Source: an uncultured Alphaproteobacteria bacterium (lineage in GTDB: Bacteria; Pseudomonadota; Alphaproteobacteria; MPNO01; UBA830). From it: DNA of 41,526 nucleotides. The notes under the pieces were generated by a model. It was given only the letters and a program-made list of their open reading frames with translations. It was not told the DNA's origin and made no database searches. Shown here piece after piece: positions 18,117 to 26,683 of the stretch. Made by a program: the position numbers and the translations under genes. The stretch lies in contig CAJQLI010000022.1 in the NCBI GenBank assembly GCA_905479125.1, positions 1 to 41,526 of the forward strand. The letters are read 5' to 3'. Positions within the stretch are counted from its first letter, which is position 1; each line of letters opens with the position of its first letter.

Positions 18117-19007
18117 TTGCCTGTGAAAAATTTACCGCAGAATCTCGAAAACGCCGTTGGGCGGACAGTTGTCGCCGAGGACATGATCAGCGCTGCCCCG
18201 ATTGCCGGGCTGATGGCGGCTCTCGGTCATGAAGGCCTGGTGCCCCGGTCAGGTGACGCAGTGCCGCCGCTTTGGCACGGCCTGTTTTGCACGGCGAAAC
18301 TGCCGCCCTCCCGGCTTGGCACTGACGGGCTGGCGAAAGACGAGGGGCTGTTACCGGCGGCATCTGATTATCCGAATAAGCTGTTTGGCGGTGCCCGGTT
18401 CGATTTTCGCCGACCGCTCCGTATCGGTGATGAGATTCGGAAAGAATCAGAAGTGATGTCCTTTGATCGGAAGGAGGGCAGGACGGGCCCGTTCATTGTC
18501 GGCCTGATCGAGCATCGTGTTTCCAACACTGACGGGATTGCCGTGGTGGAACAGAACGACATTATCTACCGGGCGGCGACAGGACCGGCTCGAACGCTGT
18601 CGAATGGCGGGCAGGCCAAGCCCCCTGAACCGGCAAAACTGCCAGCGGCACCGGTCTGGTCACGGACAATAACGCCGGACCCGGTGTTGATGTTTCGTCA
18701 TTCGGCGGTAACATTCAATAGCCATCGTATTCACTACGACCGCGATTACGTTCGGGAAAAAGGCTATCCGGGCTTGCTGGTTCAGGGAACCCTGATTGCG
18801 CGGATGATGCTCGATATGGTGGCAACCGAGGCACCGGCATTTGAAATTGGCGCATTCTCGTTCCGGTCCGGCCGCCCGATCTATGACGACGGTCATTTCA
18901 CGCTTGGCGGCGCACCGTCAGCGGACGGAGATTGGATCGACCTGTGGGCGGCGGACCATGCGGGAAGGGTTGGGATGACGGCAAAGGCGCAACCGCCGGG
19001 TCTCTGA
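18117..19007 (+). CDS. Double hot-dog acyl-CoA hydratase/dehydratase (FAS1/MaoC-like; itaconyl- or mesaconyl-CoA hydratase family)
   Basis: VPPLWH, FRRPLRIGD, KEGRTG and DPVLMFRHSAVTFNSHRIHYD..GYPGLLVQG; start uncertain (18117 TTG or 18123 GTG). Confidence 0.85.
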   Translation: MPVKNLPQNLENAVGRTVVAEDMISAAPIAGLMAALGHEGLVPRSGDAVPPLWHGLFCTAKLPPSRLGTDGLAKDEGLLPAASDYPNKLFGGARFDFRRPLRIGDEIRKESEVMSFDRKEGRTGPFIVGLIEHRVSNTDGIAVVEQNDIIYRAATGPARTLSNGGQAKPPEPAKLPAAPVWSRTITPDPVLMFRHSAVTFNSHRIHYDRDYVREKGYPGLLVQGTLIARMMLDMVATEAPAFEIGAFSFRSGRPIYDDGHFTLGGAPSADGDWIDLWAADHAGRVGMTAKAQPPGL

Positions 19008-19526
19008 TCACTGTTTGGCGTCAGGGTCTTTCGGCGCATTCGCTTTTTGCCAGTCACGCGCTTTCTGGCGTGCTTCGCGCTGCATCTCCCGGGACAGGAA
19101 GCGCCCGACCTTCGCGGTATAGGAAATGGCGTCCTTGTTGCCCCCGCGTCCTGAAATGATGAACCATTTCAACGCTTCGACCATGTCCTGCTCGATGCCC
19201 TCGCCCAGCATCAGGGCTGAGCCCAGGCTCTGCTGCGCATCGGCGTTCCCGAGATTGGCGGCCTTCAGAAACAAATCCGTTGCCGCTTTTTCGTCTTTCG
19301 TGATCCCGCGGCCCGATGCGTACATCTGGCCGAGTACATACATTGCCCCGGCATCCCCGGCCTCGGCGGCGGGTTGTAGATATTTCAGCGCTTCTTTGTA
19401 TTTACCGTGCTGGAATGCCTGAATGCCTTTTTGCGCAGACGCGTAGGCCGCGTGTGTCGCAAACAACGCGAGCAGGAAGGCGATTGTTCCCGACCGCATC
19501 ATGTTTTTGAATTTTGCCATACCCAT
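19008..19526 (-). CDS. Secreted Sel1-like repeat (TPR) protein
   Basis: Signal peptide; AAEAGDAGAMYVLGQMYASGRGI and AANLGNADAQQSLG..GEGIEQD..EALKWF repeats. Confidence 0.9.
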   Translation of the reverse strand: MGMAKFKNMMRSGTIAFLLALFATHAAYASAQKGIQAFQHGKYKEALKYLQPAAEAGDAGAMYVLGQMYASGRGITKDEKAATDLFLKAANLGNADAQQSLGSALMLGEGIEQDMVEALKWFIISGRGGNKDAISYTAKVGRFLSREMQREARQKARDWQKANAPKDPDAKQ

Positions 19527-19571
19527 CGCTCAGCCTTACACCAATTAAGTGCCGGTGGGTACAGCGGATCT

Positions 19572-20135
19572 TTAAGTGTTCTGGCCCGGTTTCCAGAGTA
19601 CGTCCGTTTTGCCATCGTCATTGGCGGCACGCGCCATCACGAAAAGAAGGTCCGACAGCCTGTTCAGGTATTTGAGACCATGAGTGTTGATCGGTTCCTC
19701 TGCAGCGAGGGCCGTCAGCACCCGCTCGGCGCGCCGGCAGACCGTGCAGGCCAAATGCAGTGAAGCCGCAAAGTCCGTTCCACCACGGAGCACGAATGAA
19801 CGCAGCGGTTCCAGATTTTCGTTTGCCTGATCGATTTCGCCCTCCAGGCGGTCCACCTGGCCCGGCTGGATGCGCAGGTTGCCGTCTGTGTGGTCATCAC
19901 CGGGACGTGTGACGTCCGCGCCGAGATCGAACAGATCATTCTGTATGCGCGACAGCACGGCATCGGTCGTTTCCGGATCGGCGAAGCGCCGTGCCAGCCC
20001 GATCATGGCATTGGTCTCGTCGATGTCTCCCTGGGCGTGGACGCGTAGCGAATATTTCGCGACCCGGCTGCCATCGCCAAGTGAAGTTTCGCCGCCGTCA
20101 CCGCCGCGTGTATAGATTTTGTCGAGTTTTACCAT
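19572..20135 (-). CDS. pduO: Cob(I)alamin adenosyltransferase, PduO type
   Basis: KIYTRGGDGGETSL, GDIDETNA, IQNDLFDLGAD, VCRRAER, YLNRLSDLLFVMAR. Confidence 0.95.
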   Translation of the reverse strand: MVKLDKIYTRGGDGGETSLGDGSRVAKYSLRVHAQGDIDETNAMIGLARRFADPETTDAVLSRIQNDLFDLGADVTRPGDDHTDGNLRIQPGQVDRLEGEIDQANENLEPLRSFVLRGGTDFAASLHLACTVCRRAERVLTALAAEEPINTHGLKYLNRLSDLLFVMARAANDDGKTDVLWKPGQNT

Positions 20136-20153
20136 TGTGTTCTTTCGGATAAG

Positions 20154-20873
20154 TCAGGGTTTCAGAATCATCGTATCGCCGCGGACTTCATAGCCCGAGA
20201 GCCTGTTCAGAAATGCCAGCCCGAGCAGTGATTCCGTCAGGCCGTTCTGGCTGATGGCCGCCTGGACGTTTCGTGCACGGATCGGGCCCACGGATATTTC
20301 CGCGAGCGACACCCCGGCCGACCACGCAGTGCCGTTTGCTGTCTGGGTGCGTAAACCGTATCGAAGCCGGTCGGTATCGAAGCCGACAGCGCGGGCGTCG
20401 GCAGGACTGAGCGCAACGAGGCTGGCGCCTGTATCCACCAGGAACCTGACGGGCTTTCCGTCTACGGTGGCGGTCAGCCGGAAATGTCCGTCACCGCTTC
20501 GCCGGATGGCGACATTGCCTTCGCCCGTCATCAGGCCCATGTCTGGTCTGAGTTCGCCGACAATACGATTGCCCATGTTCTGAAAGTCCGTCCGGTAGCT
20601 GTAGCCGAGCACCGCCACTGCGCCGATCGCGACCCAGACTGCCGCATGGCGCAGCATTGTGCCCGCACCTGTATCCCTGCCGGCCATCAGTGCACTGGCG
20701 AGTACCACCAGTAGAATGACGTGATGCGCCAGATATGGCTGGGCGTCGGCATTGGACAGGACCCCAGGGAATTGCCAGCTGAGCAGGTAAAGCAGCCCGG
20801 CCGCGGCAAGCGAGCCTAGGAGCAGCCATATCCAGAATGGTTTCCGTGGTTTTTCGGAGCCGTGATCGGTCAT
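20154..20873 (-). CDS. Membrane-anchored clan AA (retropepsin-like, TIGR02281-type) aspartic protease
   Basis: 3 N-terminal TMs; DGHF, FLVDTGAS catalytic motif, TANG, SLLGLAFL. Confidence 0.92.
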   Translation of the reverse strand: MTDHGSEKPRKPFWIWLLLGSLAAAGLLYLLSWQFPGVLSNADAQPYLAHHVILLVVLASALMAGRDTGAGTMLRHAAVWVAIGAVAVLGYSYRTDFQNMGNRIVGELRPDMGLMTGEGNVAIRRSGDGHFRLTATVDGKPVRFLVDTGASLVALSPADARAVGFDTDRLRYGLRTQTANGTAWSAGVSLAEISVGPIRARNVQAAISQNGLTESLLGLAFLNRLSGYEVRGDTMILKP

Positions 20874-20942
20874 GAAATGGATGTAGCGCGCATCAACCTA
20901 AAATGCGAGCATCTGCGGACAGGATTGTCGATTCGCGATAAG

Positions 20943-20958
20943 AAGTGTATATACACTT
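20943..20958. promoter_or_regulatory. Perfect 16-bp palindrome AAGTGTATATACACTT, probable MarR operator overlapping the -10 box
   Basis: Ends 2 nt before the marR ATG; TTGTCG(20925-30)-17 bp-TATATA(20948-53) promoter implies a leaderless mRNA. Confidence 0.7.
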
Positions 20959-20960
20959 AT

Positions 20961-21425
20961 ATGGCAGATCAAAAAACTTCCCAGAAGCCGATCCAGGTAA
21001 AAGTTGCGTGGCACTGCACGTGTTTTAACGTTCGCCGGGCCTCCCGCGCGGTCACGGAGTTCTACGACGGCATCATGGCGCCGAGCGGTATCAAGGCGAC
21101 ACAGTTCACGATGCTGGGCGCCGTCGCGTTGATGGGGCCTGCTTCCGTGACCCGGCTTGCCGAACATTTGGCGCTCGACCGGACAACGCTGACGCGGAAT
21201 CTGAAAGTCCTTGCTGAACAGGGCTTTGTGGAAATATCTGCGGGTGAGGACCGGCGTGAACGCGTGGTGCGCCTGACTGCCGAAGGTCAGGCGGCTATCG
21301 AGCGGGCGACACCGGTATGGCATGAAGCACAGGATGCCCTGACAGCGCGTTTCGGCGAGGAACGCTGGCGCCGGATGATCGAAGATATGAATGACTTGGG
21401 CGCACTGGTTGAAGAAACCGACTGA
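20961..21425 (+). CDS. MarR family winged-helix transcriptional regulator
   Basis: CTCFNVRRASRAVTEFYD, TQF, LALDRTTLTRNL and EDRRER..LTAEG; start set to ATG 20961. Confidence 0.93.
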   Translation: MADQKTSQKPIQVKVAWHCTCFNVRRASRAVTEFYDGIMAPSGIKATQFTMLGAVALMGPASVTRLAEHLALDRTTLTRNLKVLAEQGFVEISAGEDRRERVVRLTAEGQAAIERATPVWHEAQDALTARFGEERWRRMIEDMNDLGALVEETD

Positions 21426-21529
21426 TCGCTGAAACCAGTTGTTTAAGCTCCGGATCCGGCAAGACGGGTCGTTTGCGACCGCCGCGAACAGTCAGTACTG
21501 TGCCGGCTGGTCGGCTGAAAGGATGGTTC

Positions 21530-22615
21530 ATGGAATTCGGCATATTTTCAAACGGGTTCCGCCCGCATACCACTGCGGCGCAAACATATGACGAGGATAT
21601 CTATGAGATCGTCCTCGCCGACCAGCTTGGGTTTCGTGATGCGTATATCAGCGAACACCATGGGGAGCCGCCTTATATAAACCGGGTAGACACCATTCCG
21701 ATGCCCGAATTGCTGATGGCCAAGGCCGCCGGACTGACCAAACATATCCGGATGGGCGCCGCGGTTCGCCTGCTGCATCTTCACCATCCGCTGGATGTCG
21801 CTGTGCAGGCGGCGGTGACAGAACACCTTCTCGGCAAGGGCCGCTTCATCTTCGGGTTCGGATCGGGTTTTCCGTCACCCCTGTTTTGCGAAGAACGCGG
21901 CTTGAGCTTCGATGACCGGCATGCCCGGCTTGATGAATCGCTCGAATTCATCCTGAAATGCTGGGGCAGCGACGACATATTCGACTGGGATGGCGAGCAC
22001 TGGCAGGGCAAGGGAGTCGTCGCGCTACCGAAACCCCTGTCCGGGTCCGGGCTGCCCATGGCGACGGCAACCGATTCAGAATCCACCATCCGGATGTCTG
22101 CAGAACGTGGCTACACGCTGTTATCGGCTTTCCTCGAATCCGCTGAAAGGCTGAAACCCAAGGCCGACCTGTATGAGAAGTACGCCGAGGCGGTGGGCAT
22201 TTCGGCGGCCCGGCGTAACATCACCGCGTCACGGATTGTCTATGTCGCGGATTCCTATGATGAAGCGGTAGCGGACATGCGCGAGGCGGTTACGCACGAA
22301 ATCAGTGTTCAGGCGGAACGCGGTTTTCTCACGATGCTCAAGAATGTCTTCAATCTCGAAGTGCCTAATGACGAAGGGGCAATCGATGTCCTCGCCGATA
22401 CAGGGATGTACCTGCTGGGCGATCCCGAAAGCGTCGCCGCGCGGATAGAGGAATTTTACGATGCCGTTGGTGGTTTCGGGACGTTCCTCATTGTCACCGG
22501 CAAGAACTGGGCGACGCGGGAAAAGCGCGCGCGTTCCATGACCCGGTTTATGGAAGAGGTGGCACCGAAACTCCGTCACCTCGATCCCGGCGAATCACAG
22601 GTTGCTGCAGCGTAA
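21530..22615 (+). CDS. LLM class (luciferase-like) flavin-dependent oxidoreductase
   Basis: ADQLGF..AYISEHH, IRMGAAV..L.LHHPL.VA, GRFIFGFGSG, C-terminal RFMEEVAPKL; AAAGGA SD. Confidence 0.9.
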   Translation: MEFGIFSNGFRPHTTAAQTYDEDIYEIVLADQLGFRDAYISEHHGEPPYINRVDTIPMPELLMAKAAGLTKHIRMGAAVRLLHLHHPLDVAVQAAVTEHLLGKGRFIFGFGSGFPSPLFCEERGLSFDDRHARLDESLEFILKCWGSDDIFDWDGEHWQGKGVVALPKPLSGSGLPMATATDSESTIRMSAERGYTLLSAFLESAERLKPKADLYEKYAEAVGISAARRNITASRIVYVADSYDEAVADMREAVTHEISVQAERGFLTMLKNVFNLEVPNDEGAIDVLADTGMYLLGDPESVAARIEEFYDAVGGFGTFLIVTGKNWATREKRARSMTRFMEEVAPKLRHLDPGESQVAAA

Positions 22616-22691
22616 ATTTTCTTTAAGCCGGGGGGCGTTTGCTATCGATGTCCCCTGACACTCTCACAAACAGCTTTATGGCGGCCCTGAA

Positions 22692-23567
22692 TTGATCCTG
22701 AAAATCCTATCCGTCATTGCGCCAGTCTTTGTATGCGCCGGAATCGGGTTTGTCTGGGGGCGGACCGGCAGGGCCTTCGATACCCGCATGGTCGGTGCTC
22801 TCGCATTGAATATCGGCATGCCCTGTCTGGCATTTTCAGCTCTGACCAAGCTGAAGGTCAGCCCCGAAGCCTTCGCCGCGATGGCCGGGGCCTATGCGCT
22901 GGTGCTTGCATGTTTTCTCGGCGTCGGGCTGATCACGATTACGCTGATGCGTCTGCCCGCCCACACTTTCCTGCCGGTATTCACGTCGTCCAATACCGGC
23001 AATATGGGCCTGCCTCTATGCCTGTTCGCATTCGGCCCCGAAGGGCTGGCGCTCGGAATATGCATTTTTGTTCTCTCGTCGGTATTCAGCTTTACCGCCG
23101 GGTGGAGCATTTACGCGGGGCGGGTCGCGGCTGACGTGTTCTACAACAACCCCCTGATCTATGCGGTCGCTGTGGCGCTGATCTTCATGTCCACGGGAAT
23201 AGAGCCGCCGGTCTGGCTTGCCAATACGACGGCGCTGATGGGCGGACTTGCCATTCCGCTAATGTTGATCTCCCTCGGCGTAGCGATTTCCAACATGAAG
23301 GCCGAAGGGGCCGGGCGTATCATCATCGTTTGCGTGATCAAGCTGCTGGCCGGATTTTCCGTCGGTTATGCGATTGCCACAATCCTCGGTCTCGACGGTG
23401 CAGCGCGGGGCGTGCTGATCATTCAATCGGCTATGCCGGTTGCTGTTCACAACTACATGTTTGCGCAGCGCTTCAACCGGAACACCGCGGATACGGCCAG
23501 TATGATCCTTATCTCGACGACGATGGCACTTGCTTGCCTCCCCCTATTGATGCTGATCGTTCTGTAG
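22692..23567 (+). CDS. AEC (auxin efflux carrier/Mem_trans) family transporter
   Basis: About 10 TMs; APVF, PCL.F, SNTGNMGLP, AIPLML..LG and QSAMPVAV motifs; TTG start. Confidence 0.88.
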   Translation: MILKILSVIAPVFVCAGIGFVWGRTGRAFDTRMVGALALNIGMPCLAFSALTKLKVSPEAFAAMAGAYALVLACFLGVGLITITLMRLPAHTFLPVFTSSNTGNMGLPLCLFAFGPEGLALGICIFVLSSVFSFTAGWSIYAGRVAADVFYNNPLIYAVAVALIFMSTGIEPPVWLANTTALMGGLAIPLMLISLGVAISNMKAEGAGRIIIVCVIKLLAGFSVGYAIATILGLDGAARGVLIIQSAMPVAVHNYMFAQRFNRNTADTASMILISTTMALACLPLLMLIVL

Positions 23568-23579
23568 CGGGTAGGGCAG

Positions 23580-24461
23580 ATGGAAATTATCAGCCAGCTC
23601 AGCGGTATCGTCGTTCCGGTTTTCATCTGCGTCGCGTTCGGCGTGTTGTGGGCCAAAGTCGGCACGCCCTTCGATACCGGCTTGATCACGTCGCTGGTCT
23701 ATAACATTGGTGTTCCCTGCCTGATTGTCGCGACCTTTCAGAAGGTTACGCTCGACCCCGATGCGATGGCAGAGATCGCCCTGGCGAGCCTCGCCTGTTA
23801 TGTGTCTTTTACCCTGCTGGCCTATCTGCTCATCCGGGCCTTACGCCTGGAAACGGCATCTTATCTGCCCGCACTGATGTTTCCGTTGACCGGCAGCATG
23901 GGCTTGCCGGTTTCCTATTTCGCCTTCGGCGATCCGGGGCTCGCCCTTGCGATTGTCTATTTCGCTATCGGTACAATCGGGTCCTTTACGATCGGTTCGG
24001 CGATTGCGGAGGGAAAATTTTCGTTGCGTGGGGTTTTCCGGATCCCGGTGCTTTATGCCGTCGCGATCGCCCTGGCGATGCAGCTGACGGGGCTGCGGAT
24101 GCCCGAATGGATATTCAATACGGTTGATCTTCTGGGTGGCATGGTCATTCCGGCACAACTTGTCGCCCTTGGGTTTTCGCTGTTGCAGCTTCGGGTCGGC
24201 GGGATGGCGCGGAGCGCTTTTCTCGGTGTGTTTCGTCTGGCGATGGGGGTCGCCGTTGGTTTTTTCATCGCCGACCTGTTCGACCTTACAGGCGCCGCGC
24301 GGGCGATTGTGATCATTCAGAGCGCTATGCCTGTTGCGGTCTCAAGTTACCTTTTTGCCGAGAAATTCAATCGGCAACCGGCTGAGGTCGCCGGGATGGT
24401 TGTTGTGTCTACCGCGGTTTCCTTTATAACCCTGCCGTTTCTTTTGTTGCTGGTGCTTTAA
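23580..24461 (+). CDS. AEC family transporter, tandem paralogue
   Basis: VPVF, PCLI, PLTGSMGLP, IQSAMPVAVSSYLFA. Confidence 0.88.
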   Translation: MEIISQLSGIVVPVFICVAFGVLWAKVGTPFDTGLITSLVYNIGVPCLIVATFQKVTLDPDAMAEIALASLACYVSFTLLAYLLIRALRLETASYLPALMFPLTGSMGLPVSYFAFGDPGLALAIVYFAIGTIGSFTIGSAIAEGKFSLRGVFRIPVLYAVAIALAMQLTGLRMPEWIFNTVDLLGGMVIPAQLVALGFSLLQLRVGGMARSAFLGVFRLAMGVAVGFFIADLFDLTGAARAIVIIQSAMPVAVSSYLFAEKFNRQPAEVAGMVVVSTAVSFITLPFLLLLVL

Positions 24462-24530
24462 TGTATCGTTATCTGCGTGGGACTAATTTCCTTGCCAGCA
24501 CGCGTTTCCTACCCCAAATGCAGGGTACTG

Positions 24531-25157
24531 ATGGATAATTCTCAATTCTCGCTTTCACCGACCGTAATCCGGCTTCTGGTTGCGCTTGCTGTGATCCAGG
24601 CCATCCGCGCAATTCTGCCCTCGGAATTCGACGCCTACCTGTTGTTTTTCCTCGGGTTTGACCTGTTTCGCGGAGGGGAGCTGAATCTGATCTGGATTTA
24701 TGGCGCGGTGACGTCGGTCTTCGTCCACGGCGGCTGGCTGCACCTGTTGTCCAATGCGACATGGGTCGTTGTTCTGTCGCCGCAGATTTATCCGCACCTT
24801 CAGGGAAAACGGTTCATCGCGTTTTTTGTCGTGACCGGCACGGTCGGTGCCCTGACGCATGCACTTTTGAACTGGGGCGAAAGCCAGATACTGGTTGGCG
24901 CCTCGGGTGCGGTATTCGGGCTTCTGGGCGCGGGCGCATACGTCATGATTCGTGGCCGCGACGGCTATTCAAAGCCCACCGCAAAAGATTTTGCCCAATA
25001 TGTTCTGGTGATGATGATAGTGAATATCGGATATGCCGTGCTCAGCGAAGGTAATGTAAGCTGGGAGGCACATGCCGGTGGCTTCTTTGCCGGATTAGCG
25101 TTCTTCCCCTTTATGCGCCGCCGCCCACCGTCACCCGGACTGACGATCGTCCACTAG
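24531..25157 (+). CDS. Rhomboid family intramembrane serine protease
   Basis: FVHGGWLHLLSN, GASG (catalytic Ser), AHAGG (catalytic His); start set to ATG 24531. Confidence 0.92.
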   Translation: MDNSQFSLSPTVIRLLVALAVIQAIRAILPSEFDAYLLFFLGFDLFRGGELNLIWIYGAVTSVFVHGGWLHLLSNATWVVVLSPQIYPHLQGKRFIAFFVVTGTVGALTHALLNWGESQILVGASGAVFGLLGAGAYVMIRGRDGYSKPTAKDFAQYVLVMMIVNIGYAVLSEGNVSWEAHAGGFFAGLAFFPFMRRRPPSPGLTIVH

Positions 25158-26581
25158 ACCGCCGCCGCGAGTTCCGGCCGGTTATATGAGCGAACGATAA
25201 ATTCCTGCATGTATGCCACTTCGCCATATTCCGGCGGTGAATCGGGGTCGACGGGAAAGAGCGCCAGACGTAGCTCGTCGTTAAAGGTCGGCGCATCGAC
25301 GGACCCGGCTTCGTTGAGAATTTGGGCGCCGAACATTGAAAACAGCCGATCCTGATGATTTTTTGTGCCGACGGCAGCGATGATCGCCTTTGCGCCGGAT
25401 TCCGCCGCCAGCGCCCAGAGGCCGCCGAACAGTCTTTGCACAATCCGTCCCTGCCGGTAGTCGGCGTGAAGCACTAACCGGCTTGCTTCTGCGCAATCCT
25501 CACGTCGATAACCGGCGCTTGCCAGGCAGAGATTTATGTTTTCCTGTCCGAACGTGGGGTCGACCAGGGACTGGCTTCTATTGTATCCGGGAAGGGATAG
25601 CCGGGCCGCCCCGATCGGCAGGTCATTCTCGAACAGTGCCAGATGAAAGTTTTCCAGATCCGCCGGGTCCGGATCTCCATAACGAGCACCGCCGGGCCCA
25701 AATAACGGTCGGGCGCCGCCATCGTATAGAATCTGTGACCGCAACGAGCGAATCCAGAGCAGCCATTCGGGCGGTGCATTCTTGGCGACTGGTCCCGGTG
25801 GTTCGAACAGGCGGTGCTCTATCATCCGTCCAGGGCTTCTAAAATCCATCGCCAGTGCGGCGCGGATGCAGTCATCGACAAATTGGCCATATGTTTCGAG
25901 GGCCCTGGCACCGGTGTTCACAAGGGCATCAAGGCAGTCGGGACGGTCGACAAGTAGCTTCTTGATCTCACGCCGGTTGAACAGGGTGTGGGCGGCATCA
26001 AGGGCGACATGTTCCCGGAGGAACGTCAGTCCATCGCGCGCGGTATCGTTTAAAGCACTATCAGCGGCTGTGACCAGTTTCGCACCGTAAGTTAAAGAAA
26101 GCGATTCGATCTCATATTCGAGCGCGATCTGCGCAAAGGCGGTATCGGCGGCGATAATGTTTTCATGAAGGTCGCGATACTGCCGTACACCTGCCGGCGT
26201 ACTGCTCTGCAATATTGCGATCGGGTCAATCACGGCAGAAGAATAACGTTCATTCCACTGACCCGTCAGCGCCTCCAGGTCGGCGATCATCAGTTTATGA
26301 TGTCCTGCCTCATGCCGGGCGTGCGCAATCAGGCTATCACCAAGCTGGCCGAAACCGGTGTCGCGGCATTGTTCTCCGGCCCGATGGATCCAGTCTTCGA
26401 CCGGGCGGGTCATCTCGATCCCGTATGCAACGTAGTGAATCAGGAAAAGATGAAGCAGCGAGGGGTCTTGCCCCGCGGCGCCGAGCAGAGCTAGCGAGGG
26501 CCTGCGAGAGAATGCGTCCCGATGGGGGACAAGACGCCGTTCGTATTCGCTGAAAGGGTCGCTGTCATGTTCATTTGTCAT
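25154..26581 (-). CDS. Fusion of a heme-oxygenase-like diiron oxidase (HDO) domain and a LuxI/FeeM-like GNAT N-acyltransferase domain
   Basis: All-helical N half with H87xxxE91xxH94, E159 and H191xxxD195xxH198; C half with LR281, D303PD305PAD308..H313, GAAR327L and E365ASRL. Confidence 0.7.
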   Translation of the reverse strand: MTNEHDSDPFSEYERRLVPHRDAFSRRPSLALLGAAGQDPSLLHLFLIHYVAYGIEMTRPVEDWIHRAGEQCRDTGFGQLGDSLIAHARHEAGHHKLMIADLEALTGQWNERYSSAVIDPIAILQSSTPAGVRQYRDLHENIIAADTAFAQIALEYEIESLSLTYGAKLVTAADSALNDTARDGLTFLREHVALDAAHTLFNRREIKKLLVDRPDCLDALVNTGARALETYGQFVDDCIRAALAMDFRSPGRMIEHRLFEPPGPVAKNAPPEWLLWIRSLRSQILYDGGARPLFGPGGARYGDPDPADLENFHLALFENDLPIGAARLSLPGYNRSQSLVDPTFGQENINLCLASAGYRREDCAEASRLVLHADYRQGRIVQRLFGGLWALAAESGAKAIIAAVGTKNHQDRLFSMFGAQILNEAGSVDAPTFNDELRLALFPVDPDSPPEYGEVAYMQEFIVRSYNRPELAAAV

Positions 26582-26623
26582 ATGCAGTAAACAGGTAAGC
26601 TCATTTTTTCATCCCAACAACGT

Positions 26624-26660
26624 AAAAGAAAAAGGGCGGCCCTTCGCTGGACCGCCCTTT
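26624..26660 (-). terminator. Rho-independent terminator of the liv-SDR operon
   Basis: Minus strand AAAGGGCGGTCC-loop-GGGCCGCCCTTT followed by TTCTTTT, 23 nt after the SDR stop. Confidence 0.85.
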
Positions 26661-26683
26661 CCCGATTAATCATGCGTGTTGCG

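Noticed and set aside
20154-20873. Retropepsin-like protease as evidence of a retroelement or prophage
   Set aside because: Ordinary membrane-anchored bacterial TIGR02281-type protease; no RT, integrase or phage genes
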